A DNA stretch of 60,015 nucleotides, counting the filler, from Basidioascus undulatus (taxonomy: Eukaryota), in the NCBI GenBank assembly GCA_000826855.1. It is 9 parts of 9 records of this genome, joined end to end, with 100 filler letters (N's around TTAATTAATTAA, not from the genome) between each part and the next. Parts side by side here need not be neighbours in the genome. Positions count along the whole stretch, not along the records: positions 46,819 to 53,383 come from JTLS01001718.1; positions 53,484 to 60,015 come from JTLS01001720.1; 7 more parts are not named here. One strand, given 5' to 3'. Positions 48,031 through 60,015 of this stretch are shown one piece after another. Numbering within the stretch: the first letter of the stretch is position 1; each line of letters opens with the position of its first letter. The translations under genes and the position numbers were made by a program. The notes under the pieces were generated by a model. The model saw only the letters and a list, made by a program, of their open reading frames with translations, was not told the DNA's origin and did not search any database.

Positions 48031-49350
48031 ATTTCATCTCTTCCCGGACTTGCAGCAGCATTCTTCTATCTTTTCTCTCATCTCGTCTGCACCTCACGTC
48101 GTACTGCCTATCGCGCCCCCTCGCTCGCTTGCTCCGCCCCGCTGGCAACTTGCTCGCTGTCATATACCTCTGCCCGCTCATTGCCCCACCTAAATCTTGC
48201 ATCATCGGTAGCGCTTACCCTTACCTTTATACAATACAATCCTGCACTTCACCTATGTATGAGGTTGGATTGCGCGGATCGGAGGGCATTGACGGGGCGG
48301 TGACTGAATCTCGATGCCGAGTACAGCCTTGGATGTCCAGGGCGCCCCGGCGTTTCGTCACCATGCATCGCAAGATCAGTAGAAGAGCATCCCAACCCAC
48401 CGTGGATGATGGTCGTGATTCCTACATGGCAGCTTGCCTCCAGTAGTTACGGTACCGGGCTTCGGTACGTCTCCACTAGTCCGTGTTCGGTCTTCGGGCT
48501 TCTCATCGCGTAGGCGCCTCCCAACGCGAGTGCTGCGGAAAAGTACATGGAGTACGTGCACGTTCTCTCTCCATCGGCCCGATCCAGCAGAGCCGACGGT
48601 GAGGGGGAGTGGGCGGCGCCGCGAGCCCGGTGTCTCGAGCTCGTCAATTCATCCCGGTTGAGGTAGGGCAAGCAAGCGCGTGAGCTCATTAAACGAGGTA
48701 CTAGTGCCGTAATGATGTCCGAACACCGAGACTAGCTTTAGATTTTTGGGGTACAACTTGCATATTGAGGTACCTTTGGTACCTGGCAGGAAACGAGCGC
48801 GCAGTCATGCAAGGTGTGGTCATGCACGGCGTCCTGATCAGTGATTGGCTCGTCGTCCCCATGGCCAGTCGCATGCCGGTGAAGGCGTCATTGCCGTAGT
48901 ACTGGGCGAGCCGAAAGCCGACAGTACTGCACCAACAGGCAGTAGGACTTTAGTGCATAAAAGACTATCCCACACTACCTCTCCGAGACCGAGGGCTGCG
49001 CGTCATTCGCCTGCAGCAGATTCCAACGGTGTACGCGGAATCATGAACTAGTTGATCTGAAAAGCACTGTATCGTTAATATCTTGCCCTGCGTTAGGCGC
49101 TCCGAAACCCGAGGACGGCGCATCGGCGTGCCCACTGCAAGCTGTAGCGGCTGCAGCAGCACAAGCTGGTCTTGTCCCCTGTACATTGTACACGGACGTA
49201 CCGAAAAAGATCATGCTCCATCAGCGGACATACATAATATGTGAGTAATGCTCACAGACAAGATAAAACCCCCGGCTTCCAGCGCCTTCCCCCAGTTCTC
49301 CATCGCTCTCTCTTCTCGCACCCCGTGCCACAAAAGCACACATAACCACC

Positions 49351-50183
49351 ATGAAGCTCTCCGTCACCGTTCCAACTGTTCTCTTTGCCTTCGCCGCATT
49401 TGTCGGCGTCACCGGCGCTGCCCCGTCCTCGCCTGCTGGTGAGACCAGCCTTCAGGTACGCAGCTCTTCAAGGCTGGCCACGCCCCGCCCGCTCCCGGCA
49501 CTCCCACCGTTGCTGATCTTTCCCGCTATCCCTAGGCTCGCCAGGGTGCTGCTGGCCCCATCATCAGCGCCATTAGTGCCGCTGTAAAGGTCGCCGACAG
49601 CATTATCAGCGGCATTGAGAAGGACAACGAGGTACGTCCGAGTGTCTGAAAGTTGTGCCTGTCGCTACTACCGCCGAAGCTGACTTGCTCTTTGTTCATG
49701 AAGCAACGCGGCGAGTGGGCCAAGACGACCGTCAGCGAACTCCGCAACAGCAACCCCGACTTCAACGTCATCGTCTGCCATACCAAGCACGACTACGCCT
49801 GGGACGGCGAGAAGGGCGTCGACTGGGACCACGACCACCACGAGTTTGACATCAAGATTGGCGGCACGATTGGGTGAGTTGAAGTCTCCCCTTTCTATTC
49901 AATAATTCTTTGCCCTTTCATGTTCGTTACAGTGACAATGACAATAGCTGACCTCGCCATCTACATCGACAGCTACGAGATCTATGTCGCCCGGTCTGGC
50001 AAGTTCTACCGCCAGGGCGACGGCGGCTACCAGAACGTGAGCCATGACATTCCTTCTTGCCCTTTACAGGTGACACCGAGTAACTGACTCAACAATATCG
50101 ATTTTTAGTGGGCGTACGCCGGCAACGTTGTGTCCAAGGAGAACGACGGCAAGGACCTCACCTTTGGTGTCATCAACGGCTGA
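49351..50183 (+). CDS. Small secreted protein with a GDGGYxNWAY motif; 5 exons
   Basis: Signal peptide MKLSVTVPTVLFAFAAFVGVTGA-AP. Mature part ...NPDFNVIVCHTKH...HEFDIKIGGTIGYEIYVARSGKFYRQGDGGYQNWAYAGNVVSKENDGKDLTFGVING*. All introns are GT-AG. Confidence 0.85.
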
Positions 50184-51390
50184 TTCAATCGATCCGAGAT
50201 ATCCTATCCGCTTCCTCATAAGTTTCAGCAAATTGTCATGATTGTGCCACCATCCTTAGTGCGGATCTCTTGACTTCAACATACATGTCCTTAACTTGCA
50301 CGAAGTAGGCTGAAACGCTGGCTGCAGCGTTTGATCTGATCTACGAATTGTCCTGCCTCGCATTCCGCAACGGACAATTTTCCTAATCCTAATCTCCGAG
50401 CCATTGTGACAATGGATACTCAGAAACTTCGGCATGGCCATGCGGCTAAGTGTCCTGTTTATGCGCACGCAGGAGCACAGCGACCGAAGAGGCCGCGGAT
50501 CGCGCCGGGGGACTTGGAAGATCTCACAGTGTAAGGGGAGTGGAGTGGATACCTACTCTCGGTTCATTCAAGATCTGTCGGGTGTCAGCTCCGTAAGGAA
50601 CAGCAGGACAAGGGCTATTTGAAGCCCCACGAGCAGAACCACGTCCCTCACCTCCTCGTTGCTTCCGCTCGGTGTTCGCGAAAGTCTCACACCAACACTG
50701 TGAAGAGGCACGTCACATGTATCTTTACAAGCCAGGGTGCCCTGGATCATGAATGAGCAAAGCGGCATGCAGAACAGTCAGTCATCGCCCGGGTCTGGGT
50801 CGTCCGAGCTCGCGGCTTGGGCAAGCACTACTGCTCGCCGTTTCCCGAAATCGGAAACAATCAACAGACCTCCTAAGACAGCCTTCCGAATTCAGACATG
50901 TCGTACCTAGTCTGGATTTATTCGGCTCGGTCGAGTCGTGTATACGGAGCCAAACGAACGCTCACGCTCACGCACGATTCTGGCTGTGCAACGCTGCGAT
51001 CGAGGTCTGACCTACCAGCTTGGCCGTGGGTCCAGAATTTTCAACCGCTGTTATAAAAAAACTCTCGAGCGGGCGCTGTCCGGTAGTTTGTCAGCAGCTG
51101 GGCTCATTCCGCTGCTTCGTTGGTACTGGTCCCGACTGTAAATGGTGCGGGTTCTGTAATACCTACCGCTGTAATGCGGCCTCACACAAGTGGGCGGCCC
51201 GGGGTGGTGTTCACCGCTGTGATCGCGGCCGGGCTGAAGATGCGTGACGCTGTCCAACAGTCACAGAACATAAGACGCAGGCAGTGCTCATGGACAGGAT
51301 ATGAACCCCACCCTCCTGCAGCTTGATCATTTTCAGTTCTCCATCAATACCCTCTTCCACACTACACCTACATATATGCCCAAACCGACA

Positions 51391-52174
51391 AAGAAGCTCC
51401 ACATCGCCATCCTGCTGTGCTCTTCGCCCTCGGTGCGTTCTTCGGCGTTGCCAACGCTGCCCCGACTACACCCTCCCGCGAGAGCGACCTTGAGGTAAGT
51501 GGTTCTTCAAGCCAGCCTACCCTCGTGTGCGTCTTTCTCACCCCGCGCGTCCATTCAAGGCTCGCCAAGGCGTGGGCAAAACCGTCGCCGACGTTCTACT
51601 GACCGCCATCAGCGCCGCCGTAGACGTCGCGGACTTTCGAGAAGGATAACGAGATGCGTGGTGCTTAAGCTAGACCTTCACACCCGGATAGTGTTCTGCG
51701 GCAGTCGGAGTCGCAGAGGCAGTCGAAGAGGCTGACGTGCTTCTGCGTTTTCCCGTCTCCGCGTTTCTGAATTCACAAGGACGACGGTCGAGGAGCTTCG
51801 CAGGAGCAACCCTTATTTCAACGTTATTGTCTGTCATGTCAAGCATGCGTATGCTTGGGACGGCGTGAGAGGCGTCGACCACGAGTTTGACATCCAGATT
51901 AGGGGGACGATCGGGTCAGTCTCTCCCTTCATACTTTCACGTTGCACTGAAAGGGAGGACAAAGAAGCATTGCCGGCAGCTACGAGATCTACGTCTTCAG
52001 GTCGGGCAGATTCATTCGCCAGGGCGACGGCGGCTGGCAGAACGTAAGTCGCACCCCAATTTGTCCAGCATGAAAACCACTAACGTTATATTCGCTTGCA
52101 AGTGGGCCTACGCTGGCAACGTCGTTTCGAAGTCGGACGACGGCAAGAACCTTACCTTCGGCGTCTTCAGCTGA
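51391..52174 (+). pseudogene. Pseudogenised tandem paralogue of the secreted protein at 49351
   Basis: Same exon layout. ATG is replaced by AAG, the signal peptide has a 1-nt deletion, exon 2 is frameshifted, donor 2 is GT>AT, and 15 nt (WDHDH) are deleted. The 3' exons are intact (GDGGWQNWAYAGNVVSKSDDGK). Confidence 0.85.
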
Positions 52175-52805
52175 TTCCATCCTCTCACCTCTGAGCCCAC
52201 CCACCCGCTATCTCCTAATTCCAACAGTAGGACCGATACCACTACAGATTTCTTTCATATAGGGCGACTAGTCAGGTAGCGCATTAATATCTCTCGTTTT
52301 TGGTGTTGAGCAACATTCTGCGGCGCTGTGCCTTCCTTTTTGGAACATGCTTTCCTTTTTTTTTTGACTTGCCCTTTTCTTCCTTCCAAGAACATTGAAA
52401 TCTGATGCTTTCTGAACCTTCAGGCGTGTTCCTGGACCGGACCTGCCAGTAACGGCGGTCACCGGAGACGGGAGGAGTACAGTGAGGTTTGGGCTCAGTA
52501 CGCGGATGTGTCAGCTCTCAGGTCGTCTAAATGATCATGCTTCCATTGCGACTCGACAAACACATGCCGCTCTATTGAATATGCCCCTCGACTATGGCGA
52601 TATGAAATTTGCATGTTTTGTGAAACGCGCTGCGGTCTCACTCATTAAATCAAAGTCACGTGCGGGACGCGGCGGGCGTGGTTGCTTATTTCAACTTTCC
52701 GCTCGCCCTCCTTCCCACCGCACCACCACCACCGCATCTTCCTCCTCAAGACCAGCCGCCGCCGCCCATATACACTCAAGAAATCTTCAGTTTACACCAG
52801 TAAAG

Positions 52806-53383
52806 ATGGCCCAACCGCTCGGCGACGTGACGCTGGCTGCGTTTGACCCACTCATGCTCCCGAGCTCGCCGCCAAGCTCGCCCGAGCGCAACAAGGAGAA
52901 CGTCCGCCTCGATGGCGCGGGAGGAGGCCGGGATATGACTATGTCGACCTTCTTCAAGTGCGTCTGCTTCCCATCGTGCTCTCTATCTGGATTCCTAATG
53001 GGTTGGGAACCACAGCCGCACCAAGCGCCTTCCCATCCCGTCCCCCGCATCCGCCCGCGGCCTGCTCGTCGACTTTGGCCAGGGCGACGTGAGCCTGATG
53101 CACCACGGCCCAGTGCGGGAGGAAGAGGAGGTCGGTGAGCAGGTGGAGGAGACAGGCAACATCCTCGACAGGCTGGATCTGGGCAAGTCGCACCTCGCAC
53201 CTCCCCGACCGCCCTCCCCCGCGGCAGCCGATCTCTCCTCGTCCTCCTTCCGCCTCTCCCTCCCGGGAAACACCTCCGTCCTGCACCCGAACCTCCTCGA
53301 CATCTCCATCTCCATCCCCCTCCCGCCCAGCCCGGAGCTCGAACCGCTCACGGACCTCCCCTCCCCGCCGCCGCGCTCGTCGC
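52806..53383 (+). CDS. Hypothetical protein, 5' part
   Basis: MAQPLGDVTLAAFDPLMLPSSPPSSPERNKENV...MTMSTFF, a GTGCGT..CAG intron, then ...GLLVDFGQGDVSLM..., open to the contig end. Confidence 0.6.
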
Positions 53384-53483
53384 NNNNNNNNNNNNNNNNN
53401 NNNNNNNNNNNNNNNNNNNNNNNNNNNTTAATTAATTAANNNNNNNNNNNNNNNNNNNNNNNNNNNNNNNNNNNNNNNNNNNN
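53384..53483. other. Artificial contig linker
   Basis: N44-TTAATTAATTAA-N44. Confidence 0.98.
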
Positions 53484-54090
53484 GCTGCGGGCGGGCCAGA
53501 TGCATCAGTAGTATCCTAAAGCGAAACAACCCGGGATGGGGAGAGGGAGCGGAAGAGGACAGGAAAAGAAGACGTACGTCACGCCCCTCAAACACCCACA
53601 CGCTCTCCCCCCGCTCATCCACCATGTTCCAGTACCGCAGGCCCACCAGCACGCGCCCCGACACGTTGCGCACGGTCCAGAAGTCGAGCGCGAGGAGCAC
53701 AACCACAAGCACAGTGGAGAGAACGTAGTTGGAGGTAAAGAACCCGCAGAGCAAGTAAGTCACAATCTGCCCCCTTCCCTCATTCAGTACATGCGATAGC
53801 AAGATCGCCGGGGGAGGGGGAAGACGCACCGCAGCTGTCCTGAACAGGAACAGGAACAGAAGCGCGACGGGGTGGGAAGACTGCTTGAAGATCTCCCGCA
53901 TCCCCCCTCCTCTTCCGGTGCCCCCGGCGCTCCCGAAGCTGGTAGGCTGCGACGAGGAGGCGGTGACGGGCGGGGGAAGGCCGGGGAAGGCGGAGGAGGT
54001 GGGCCCTGTGGGGCGAGAGGAGGGCGCGTCGTCGATGTCGGGTTCGAGGAGGGGCTGGTGCGCTTCAGAGGAGGGGGCGGGGTAGGACAT
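53484..54090 (-). CDS. TVP23: Golgi membrane protein Tvp23 (DUF846); 3' truncated
   Basis: [27 protein letters not shown]...[37 protein letters not shown]. Confidence 0.93.
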
Positions 54091-54330
54091 CGGGGATGGG
54101 ATTGAGGGTGATGAGAGGAGGTGATGAGGTTGGTTGATGGTGACGGTTGATGGAAGGAGGGCGGATGGGCGAAGGTGACGCGACGAGTGTCGGCAATAAG
54201 CTGGCGGGGGTTTTCGGGATTAAGGGAGAGTTCATACAGACGCGTCTCTCGAATTTCGCGTCCACTGCCATTGCCAGCTTCCCATCACCACCACCTTCTT
54301 GCACACGCATCCACTTACCCTCTATCGATC

Positions 54331-54941
54331 ATGTCCATTCTATTCGATCAAGTATTCGAAGTCGACACCGTCGACAAAGACGGCAAGAAGTTTGACCGCG
54401 GTGTGTCTGCCCTCCTCGCTCCGATCCTCACAGGACCTAGGATCTTGGACTGAACGCCGCCCCTTGCCCCCCCTGCCCAGTCTCCCGCATAACAGCGACC
54501 TCCCCCACGCACTCGCTCTCCCTCATCCTCGACATCGCCTCCGAGCTCTACCCGCTCCAGCCGTCAGACAACTTCTCCCTCGTCCTCGCACGCACCCTCT
54601 CCACCGCCTCCGCGCCCGCAGACGGCGCCGCGGCGGACGGTGCGGAGACGAGCGGCGGCTGGAGGCCTGGCAAGGAGGATGAGGGACTGGCGGAGGAGTA
54701 CGAGTATGTGTGCTATGGGAAGGTGTACAAGTTTGATGAGGGGAAGGAAGAGGTCGTGTGAGTGCCCTTTCCCTGCCCCTCCCGCTCCCCTGCCGGGCCC
54801 GCGTGATTAACATACGGGGTGGGGACGCGAAGCACCGCATACGTCTCCTTCGGAGGCCTTCTCCTCGCACTGTCGGGACACGTGCGGCACCTCTCCAACC
54901 TCGTCGTCGGCGAGAACGTGTACCTCCTCATGCGCCGATAG
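54331..54941 (+). CDS. RPB8: RNA polymerase I/II/III shared subunit Rpb8; 3 exons
   Basis: MSILFDQVFEVDTVDKDGKKFDR-VSRITA...LDIASELYPL...LAEEYEYVCYGKVYKFDE...TAYVSFGGLLLALSG...VYLLMRR*. Confidence 0.95.
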
Positions 54942-55111
54942 TCTGCGCGCGGCGGGGGATGCATGCATTCGTTTATTTACCCGCGGATGGAGGTGGTGTG
55001 GGTGTGGCCGTGGGGGTTGGAGGTCGGGCGCAGGAATTGGTGGATGGCTGCGTCGGATGGGTACTCATCCTCGCCCATCGGACGTTCTCCGGCACCTTTT
55101 GATCAGCGTGA

Positions 55112-55577
55112 TCAGCGCCTCTCCCGGCGCTCCTCACTGGGCACATTCCCTCCGACCCATCGATCGACCACACCACATCTTTCTAGCCTCACCTTCGACT
55201 TCCCACTGCCATCTTTCCTCCGCAATCCCCGCTTCCCGATCGCTCGACCTATCTTCTTCCTCGTACTTCCCTTGCTATCGCCCCAGTTTCGCCCCCTCTC
55301 CAAGTCCGACCAACAGTCTTTTTTCCTCGAGCTCAACAATCCGAACCAAACTCTCACTTTCGCTTGCCGCGTCCTCTTGAAGTCCCGCATCCAGGAGCGG
55401 CTGAGCGATGGAGCACAGGCTGCGACTCGAGAGGCACAAGTCCAGCAGGGTATGTCGGCTCTCCTGGAAAGCATGGGCATCGAAGTGGGCCGGACAGCCT
55501 CGAAGAGCGCGAGTTGCTCGGTGTGAAGCTGCTATGACGAGCTGGAGAATGTCGCTGTTGAGCGTGGGAGAAACCAT
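55112..55577 (-). pseudogene. Short F-box-like remnant
   Basis: MVSPTLNSDILQLVIAAS...RHTLLDLCLSSRSLCSIAQPLL, after which the frame breaks. Confidence 0.4.
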
Positions 55578-57043
55578 CTTGAAGGGTCGAAGCGAAGATG
55601 TGACAGTGCGGGAGTGGGGCGATGAAGGTGAGTAGTGAAGGTGATAAGGTGGTGATTAAGGCCAGCGCAACGCTTCGGGCGACGAGTCTGTCCAGCGTCC
55701 TGTTCAGGGCCAGCCAGTCCATGCCAAATCGATCTCACTGGGGCCACCGTCCACGCATAGAACGAATAAGGAACCCGGGGTCCTAACAAATACTTTGTAT
55801 CACCCATTGCAAAAGAAACCTAGGCCAGGACTAGGATGGAGGTAAAGCGAGTTCAAAGCTAGCTGCAAAGTGCAAACAGCCAAACACGCCGCGTCGTCGC
55901 AAACTGTCCAAATTGAGAGGTCGCCCAACAACAAAACGAGAAGGAAAACATGGGACCCGCAGGATTCTGGTGACAGACTTACACTCCCAACGGTAGGCAT
56001 GCAAACAGCTGATGTGTCTGTTTGATATTGAAAGGTGCGCTGCACCCGACTCACAGCTAGGAAGCTTTGACTGTCCGCTCCTAGCTCAATGTAGTTTCGG
56101 TGGAGAACTTCTAGAGTAAAGACAAATACCCATGTTGTATGTGCCAAGCGTGTCATGCACACACTGAGCGGTGCTCGCGGCATTGGCAAGCCGTGGCCCA
56201 AATGGACTCAGAAAGTGTATCCATTCGTATCTGTGTTGAACTTTCCATGCTCAGCACGCTCAACATTTCGGAACTGCTGCCGGCCGTGTACTCGGCAAGG
56301 GGTCCGTTGCAGCGCAGTCGTCTTGATAATCAGGCAAACGAACAATTTCTAGGATCTCCCAGTCCTCTTCAAGGTATTTGCATCCTGCCATATTGCCGCA
56401 ACCAAATAAAGTGTAGCTCAGCTCGATCAACACCAGGGATGTGTACCTGGTGCACAGTACCGCATTGGCATGACACTGGTGTACCACCTCTTGAAAGTCA
56501 AGGTACTGCAATGATACTGGAATCAATGCTGGCACCAGTAAATACCTGATTCTACTGTGAGAGTCTCTCCCCGAACCGTCGGCCATGCAGTGGACGTAAA
56601 GGATCTCCGAGCTGACACTTGCCGCTTGCAGCAAGGTCGACACCAAGACGATCCGCGGGATGACCTCTTGGTTTGACCGGCCACCTGCAGTTATCTTATC
56701 CTCCCTTGACCTGAACGACACCTACCATCCCCGTGCTGAAGCAAGAGCGCGAGTGCATAGCCCAGCGACGGCAAAAGAGAATCGGATTCCAGGCAGAGGC
56801 TGCCTAGTCCGGCGGGCAAGCTCCTCATTCAACGACTAGAATCAGCTGATTATGTATTCGTCCATCTCGGTCGACCAAGAACGCTCCAAAATCCCAATGG
56901 AAAAATCAAAACAAGCACGCAACCCCCGGTCTTCCGTCCTCCGTCTGCAACAAGGAAGGAAATGCGAAGAACGAATGTGATGCAAGCAAAGGAAAGAAAA
57001 GCGATTAGACGGGTATTGTGTGTGGAGGAAGGGAGGAGTGCAG

Positions 57044-59267
57044 TCAGTGAAGCGGGAGGAGGTGCGCGCCGTTGAAGGGGATCAAGACCGCCTTGGTCTG
57101 CGTGAACGCGCGGAGGCCCTCGATCCCGTTGAAGCGGCCGTAGCCGGTGTCCTTCCAGCCTGTTTGTACCATTAAGCACCTTGGTCAGTCTCCAAGCAGT
57201 CTCGAAAGAAGTAGAAACTGAAGGAGTTGAGCGGAAGAAGGAAGTAGGCGAGAAAGGGCAGAAAGGAAGGCGAGGAAGGCGGGAAGAACGGCGATGGAGA
57301 CGGGGATGGGAGCAGGGAAAAGGAAGGGAAGAGAAGGGGAAGGGGAAAGGGAAAAGGGGAAGAGAAGACGCACCGCCGAACGCGACAGACGGCTCGTCCG
57401 CGATCGTGCCCGCGTTGATGCGGACCATGCCAGACTCGAGGCGCTTCGCGACGAGGAGCGCGCGGCCGACGTCGCGCGTGTAGATGCTCGCCGCGAGGCC
57501 TGGGGTGTGTGCAGCACGGTCAGTCGACTGTTAACCAGCGAAAGACAGGAGAAAGAAACACAAGGAAGGGGAGCGGGCGACTGACCGTAGTGCGAGTCGT
57601 TCGCCCACTGCACCAGCTCCTGCTCGACCTCCTCCTCTTTCTTCCCCTCATCCTTGACCTCCACAACAACCGTCACCGGGCCGAAAGTCTCCTCTTCCCA
57701 GATCTTCATCTCCCTCGTCACGCCTCCCAGCACAACGGCCGGGAGCTCCGCCTTGCCCTCACTCTCCTTAGCGGGGGGCCACGACCCCACGAGGACCTTC
57801 GCCCCCCGAGAAACCGCGTCGTCCACCAGCGCGCGCACGCGCGTGGCGAGCGTGGGGGAGAAGAGCTTGGCGATCTTGGGGGTGTTGGGAGAGTGGAGGG
57901 AGGCGAGGGCGGAGGAGAGCGTGGGCGCCAGGGAGGAGGGGAGGAGCACGCGCTCCGTAGACATGCATACTTGCCCGGCGTTCGCCCAGGCGTGGAAGAG
58001 GACTGGGTTGGAGGAGAGTGAGTGTGGAGGGAGAAGGGGGAGAAGGAGAAGGAGACGGACTGTTGTTCGCTACGGTTTGGACGTCCGCGTCCGGGAGGAG
58101 GATCATCGGCGACTTGCCACCCAGCTCGAGGATCGACGGCTTCAGGTTCTCGCCCGCCAGGCGCCCAATGTGCCTGCCGACGGGGGAGGAGCCGGTCTAT
58201 GCGCCCACCTCCGACGATCAGCACACACGCGCAAGATGGAAGGCGGAAGGCGGAATTGGGGACCTACGAAGCTGACGTGCCGCACACGCCGGTCCGCAAT
58301 GAGCTCAGCCGTCATCTTGGGCGTGTCCTCGCGCGCGGTGTGCACGATGTTGAGCGCGCCCGCGGGCAGGCCTGCGTCCGCGAAGAGCGGGCCCCAGAGG
58401 TAGTGCGTGCCGGGGACCTGGGCGGGGTGAGTGGTTCGTGAGCAAGAGCGGACGGGAAAGGGGCAAGATGAAAGGAAGGAAGGAGGGAAGGAGGAAAGAC
58501 GCACAGTCTCGGAGGAACGGACGACGACGGTGTTGCCGACTGCGAGGGGGGTGGCGATGGCGCGGATGGAGAGGATGAGGGCCTGGGAGTTGAAGATGGA
58601 AAAAAAAAAGTTAGAGGGAGAGAGGAGGGACAGTGTGGTTGTAAGAAGAGACGGACAGCGTTCCTGTCAAGGGAGATTGCAGAGGTTTGTGAATTCGCTG
58701 TGCTGAGGGATAGGGGGAACGGGGAGATGGACGCACCAGGGCACGAGCGCAAGGCAGACGCCAAAGGGCTCGCGGGTGACGAGAGTAATGGAGGATCCGT
58801 CTTCCCAACCCCCAATGGCACTCATCAGCATGCAACATAGTAGGGAAAGCTTGTCTGCCCTGCCACTCACCAGCGTTGGTCTGGGGCACCTCGCCCTTGA
58901 GCGCCTCCCCCAAGCCCGCCGCGAGCTCCTCAATCATGCCCGCGCTAGTCATGACGTTAAACCTCGCAAAGCCCTCCTCAACGTCCATCTCGCTCTGCCA
59001 GCTCTTGACGAACTCGTCCGCGCGCTCGCGGAGGAGCGCCGCGGCGCGGAGGAGGACCTCGCGGCGCTTGGAGTAGGGGGTGGCGGCCCAGCCAGGGAAG
59101 GCGACCTGGGCGGCGGACAGCGCCGCGTCGAGCTCTGCGGAACTGCTCGCGGAGACGCGGTGCACGGGCGTCAGGGTGTTCGGGTGCACGAGGGTGTTGG
59201 TGCGGGAGGTGGGCGCGGGGGCGGCGGAGATCCAGTTCGGGATGAGAGGGAGGGTGGGGGCGGACAT
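57044..59267 (-). CDS. Aldehyde dehydrogenase, salicylaldehyde/vanillin dehydrogenase-like; multi-exon
   Basis: REPFGVCLALVPWN, AGLPAGALNIV, SFTGSSPVGR, LELGGKSP, NAGQVCMSTER (catalytic Cys), EETFGP, ANDSHYGL, FGGWKDTGYGRFNG. The subfamily call is inferred from GQVCMSTER. Confidence 0.92.
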
Positions 59268-59978
59268 GCTGTGAGTGGACTGTGGGTGGGGGAAACGAGG
59301 GTGCGTGGGTCGTGGCAGGTGGTCAAGAGAGAGAGGGAACCGAGCAGAGACAAGCAGCTGTAGGCGACCGAGCGTCTTCCCTCCTCGAGCTCGGCGTGCC
59401 GACCTCGCAGTCTCAACGTCCCGTGACCAGGAAGTGCCGCCCGGATACCCACACTGCGCGGTTCAATCACCGCCCGTCAACCGGCGCATCGTTCTACCTC
59501 GACCAACAGCGCTCTTGTATTCCTCTGCACGCAGCACGCAGAGCATGTTCGCGGTAGCGACGCCGAGAGAGAAGAAGGCCCGAGCTGGGAGATGAGAGGC
59601 GCGAAGAGCGTGCTACTGAGGAAGGTTCTGAGCGAGAAGACGCGGTGGAGGTTTGGCTTCGGTCCGCCGATGTTGTTTGGCGATTTGGGTGAAATTGCTG
59701 CTGCAGAGGAGAGGCACAACGGTGTTGGCTATGCACGCGATGTATGATACTGCGAGATACATGATGTTGAGGTCATGAAAAAGGCAAAGAAATGCTGCAT
59801 TTGAAAATACAGAACTTCAGGCTTGCACGCACGCTTGCGTCGACCCGAATCCGAGGGAAGTCGCGATCGACCGTGCTGCCAGCGGTCGCGTGCTTCTCGC
59901 GTTCACACTCCCTCATGCCATCCCCAACCCATCTTCACTGACCCCCGCTCCTCCCATACCCACACCCCTCAGCCAAGT

Positions 59979-60008
59979 ATGTCCAAAAGACCCACGGTCC
60001 TCCTTACG
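59979..60008 (+). CDS. Possible first exon of a Rossmann-fold enzyme divergent from the ALDH
   Basis: MSKRPTVLLT followed by a GTGCGT donor at the window end, after a C-rich leader. Confidence 0.35.
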
Positions 60009-60015
60009 GTGCGTC

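Noticed and set aside
6649..53439. TTAATTAATTAA recurring every ~6.7 kb as a possible biological periodic element
   Set aside because: It is always centred in exactly 88 N and is a six-frame-stop scaffolding linker.
19191..54941. Apparent Pol III cluster (BDP1, tRNAs, RPB8)
   Set aside because: These lie on different contigs that are ordered only by length.

Overview
Eukaryotic, intron-rich fungal DNA, not prokaryotic. GC-rich exons, mostly short GT-AG introns with GTGCGT/GTACGT/GTGAGT donors and CTRAC-type branch sites, and the gene set suggest a basidiomycete yeast, probably Pucciniomycotina/Microbotryomycetes (inference). The window is not one locus. It is nine contigs of about 6.5-6.6 kb joined by 100-bp N44-TTAATTAATTAA-N44 linkers and sorted by decreasing length, so neighbourhoods across linkers carry no meaning. 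Recognisable genes: mitochondrial uL22m, YOS1, a MYND-finger protein, a CinA/PncC-like protein, BDP1 (3' end), a DUF1752 protein, a single-pass membrane protein, a GH5 glucanase, a PEX11-family protein, three intron-containing tRNAs (Pro-CGG, Arg-CCG, Pro-AGG), RLP24, the C-terminal half of MER3/HFM1, a SAL1-like mitochondrial carrier, a small secreted protein plus its pseudogenised tandem copy, TVP23, RPB8 and an aldehyde dehydrogenase. Several decayed F-box-like genes are also present. Best leads: (1) two tRNA-Pro isoacceptors that both lack the near-invariant D-loop G18, with base 18 equal to wobble base 34 in each; (2) a MER3 whose helicase core is not adjacent, with an antisense gene starting where it should be; (3) a 314-nt intron almost tiled by hairpins; (4) a PncC homologue with its catalytic Ser/Lys changed to Thr/Arg. 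No CRISPR array, rRNA or intact transposon is visible. All exon models were read by eye and no searches were run.
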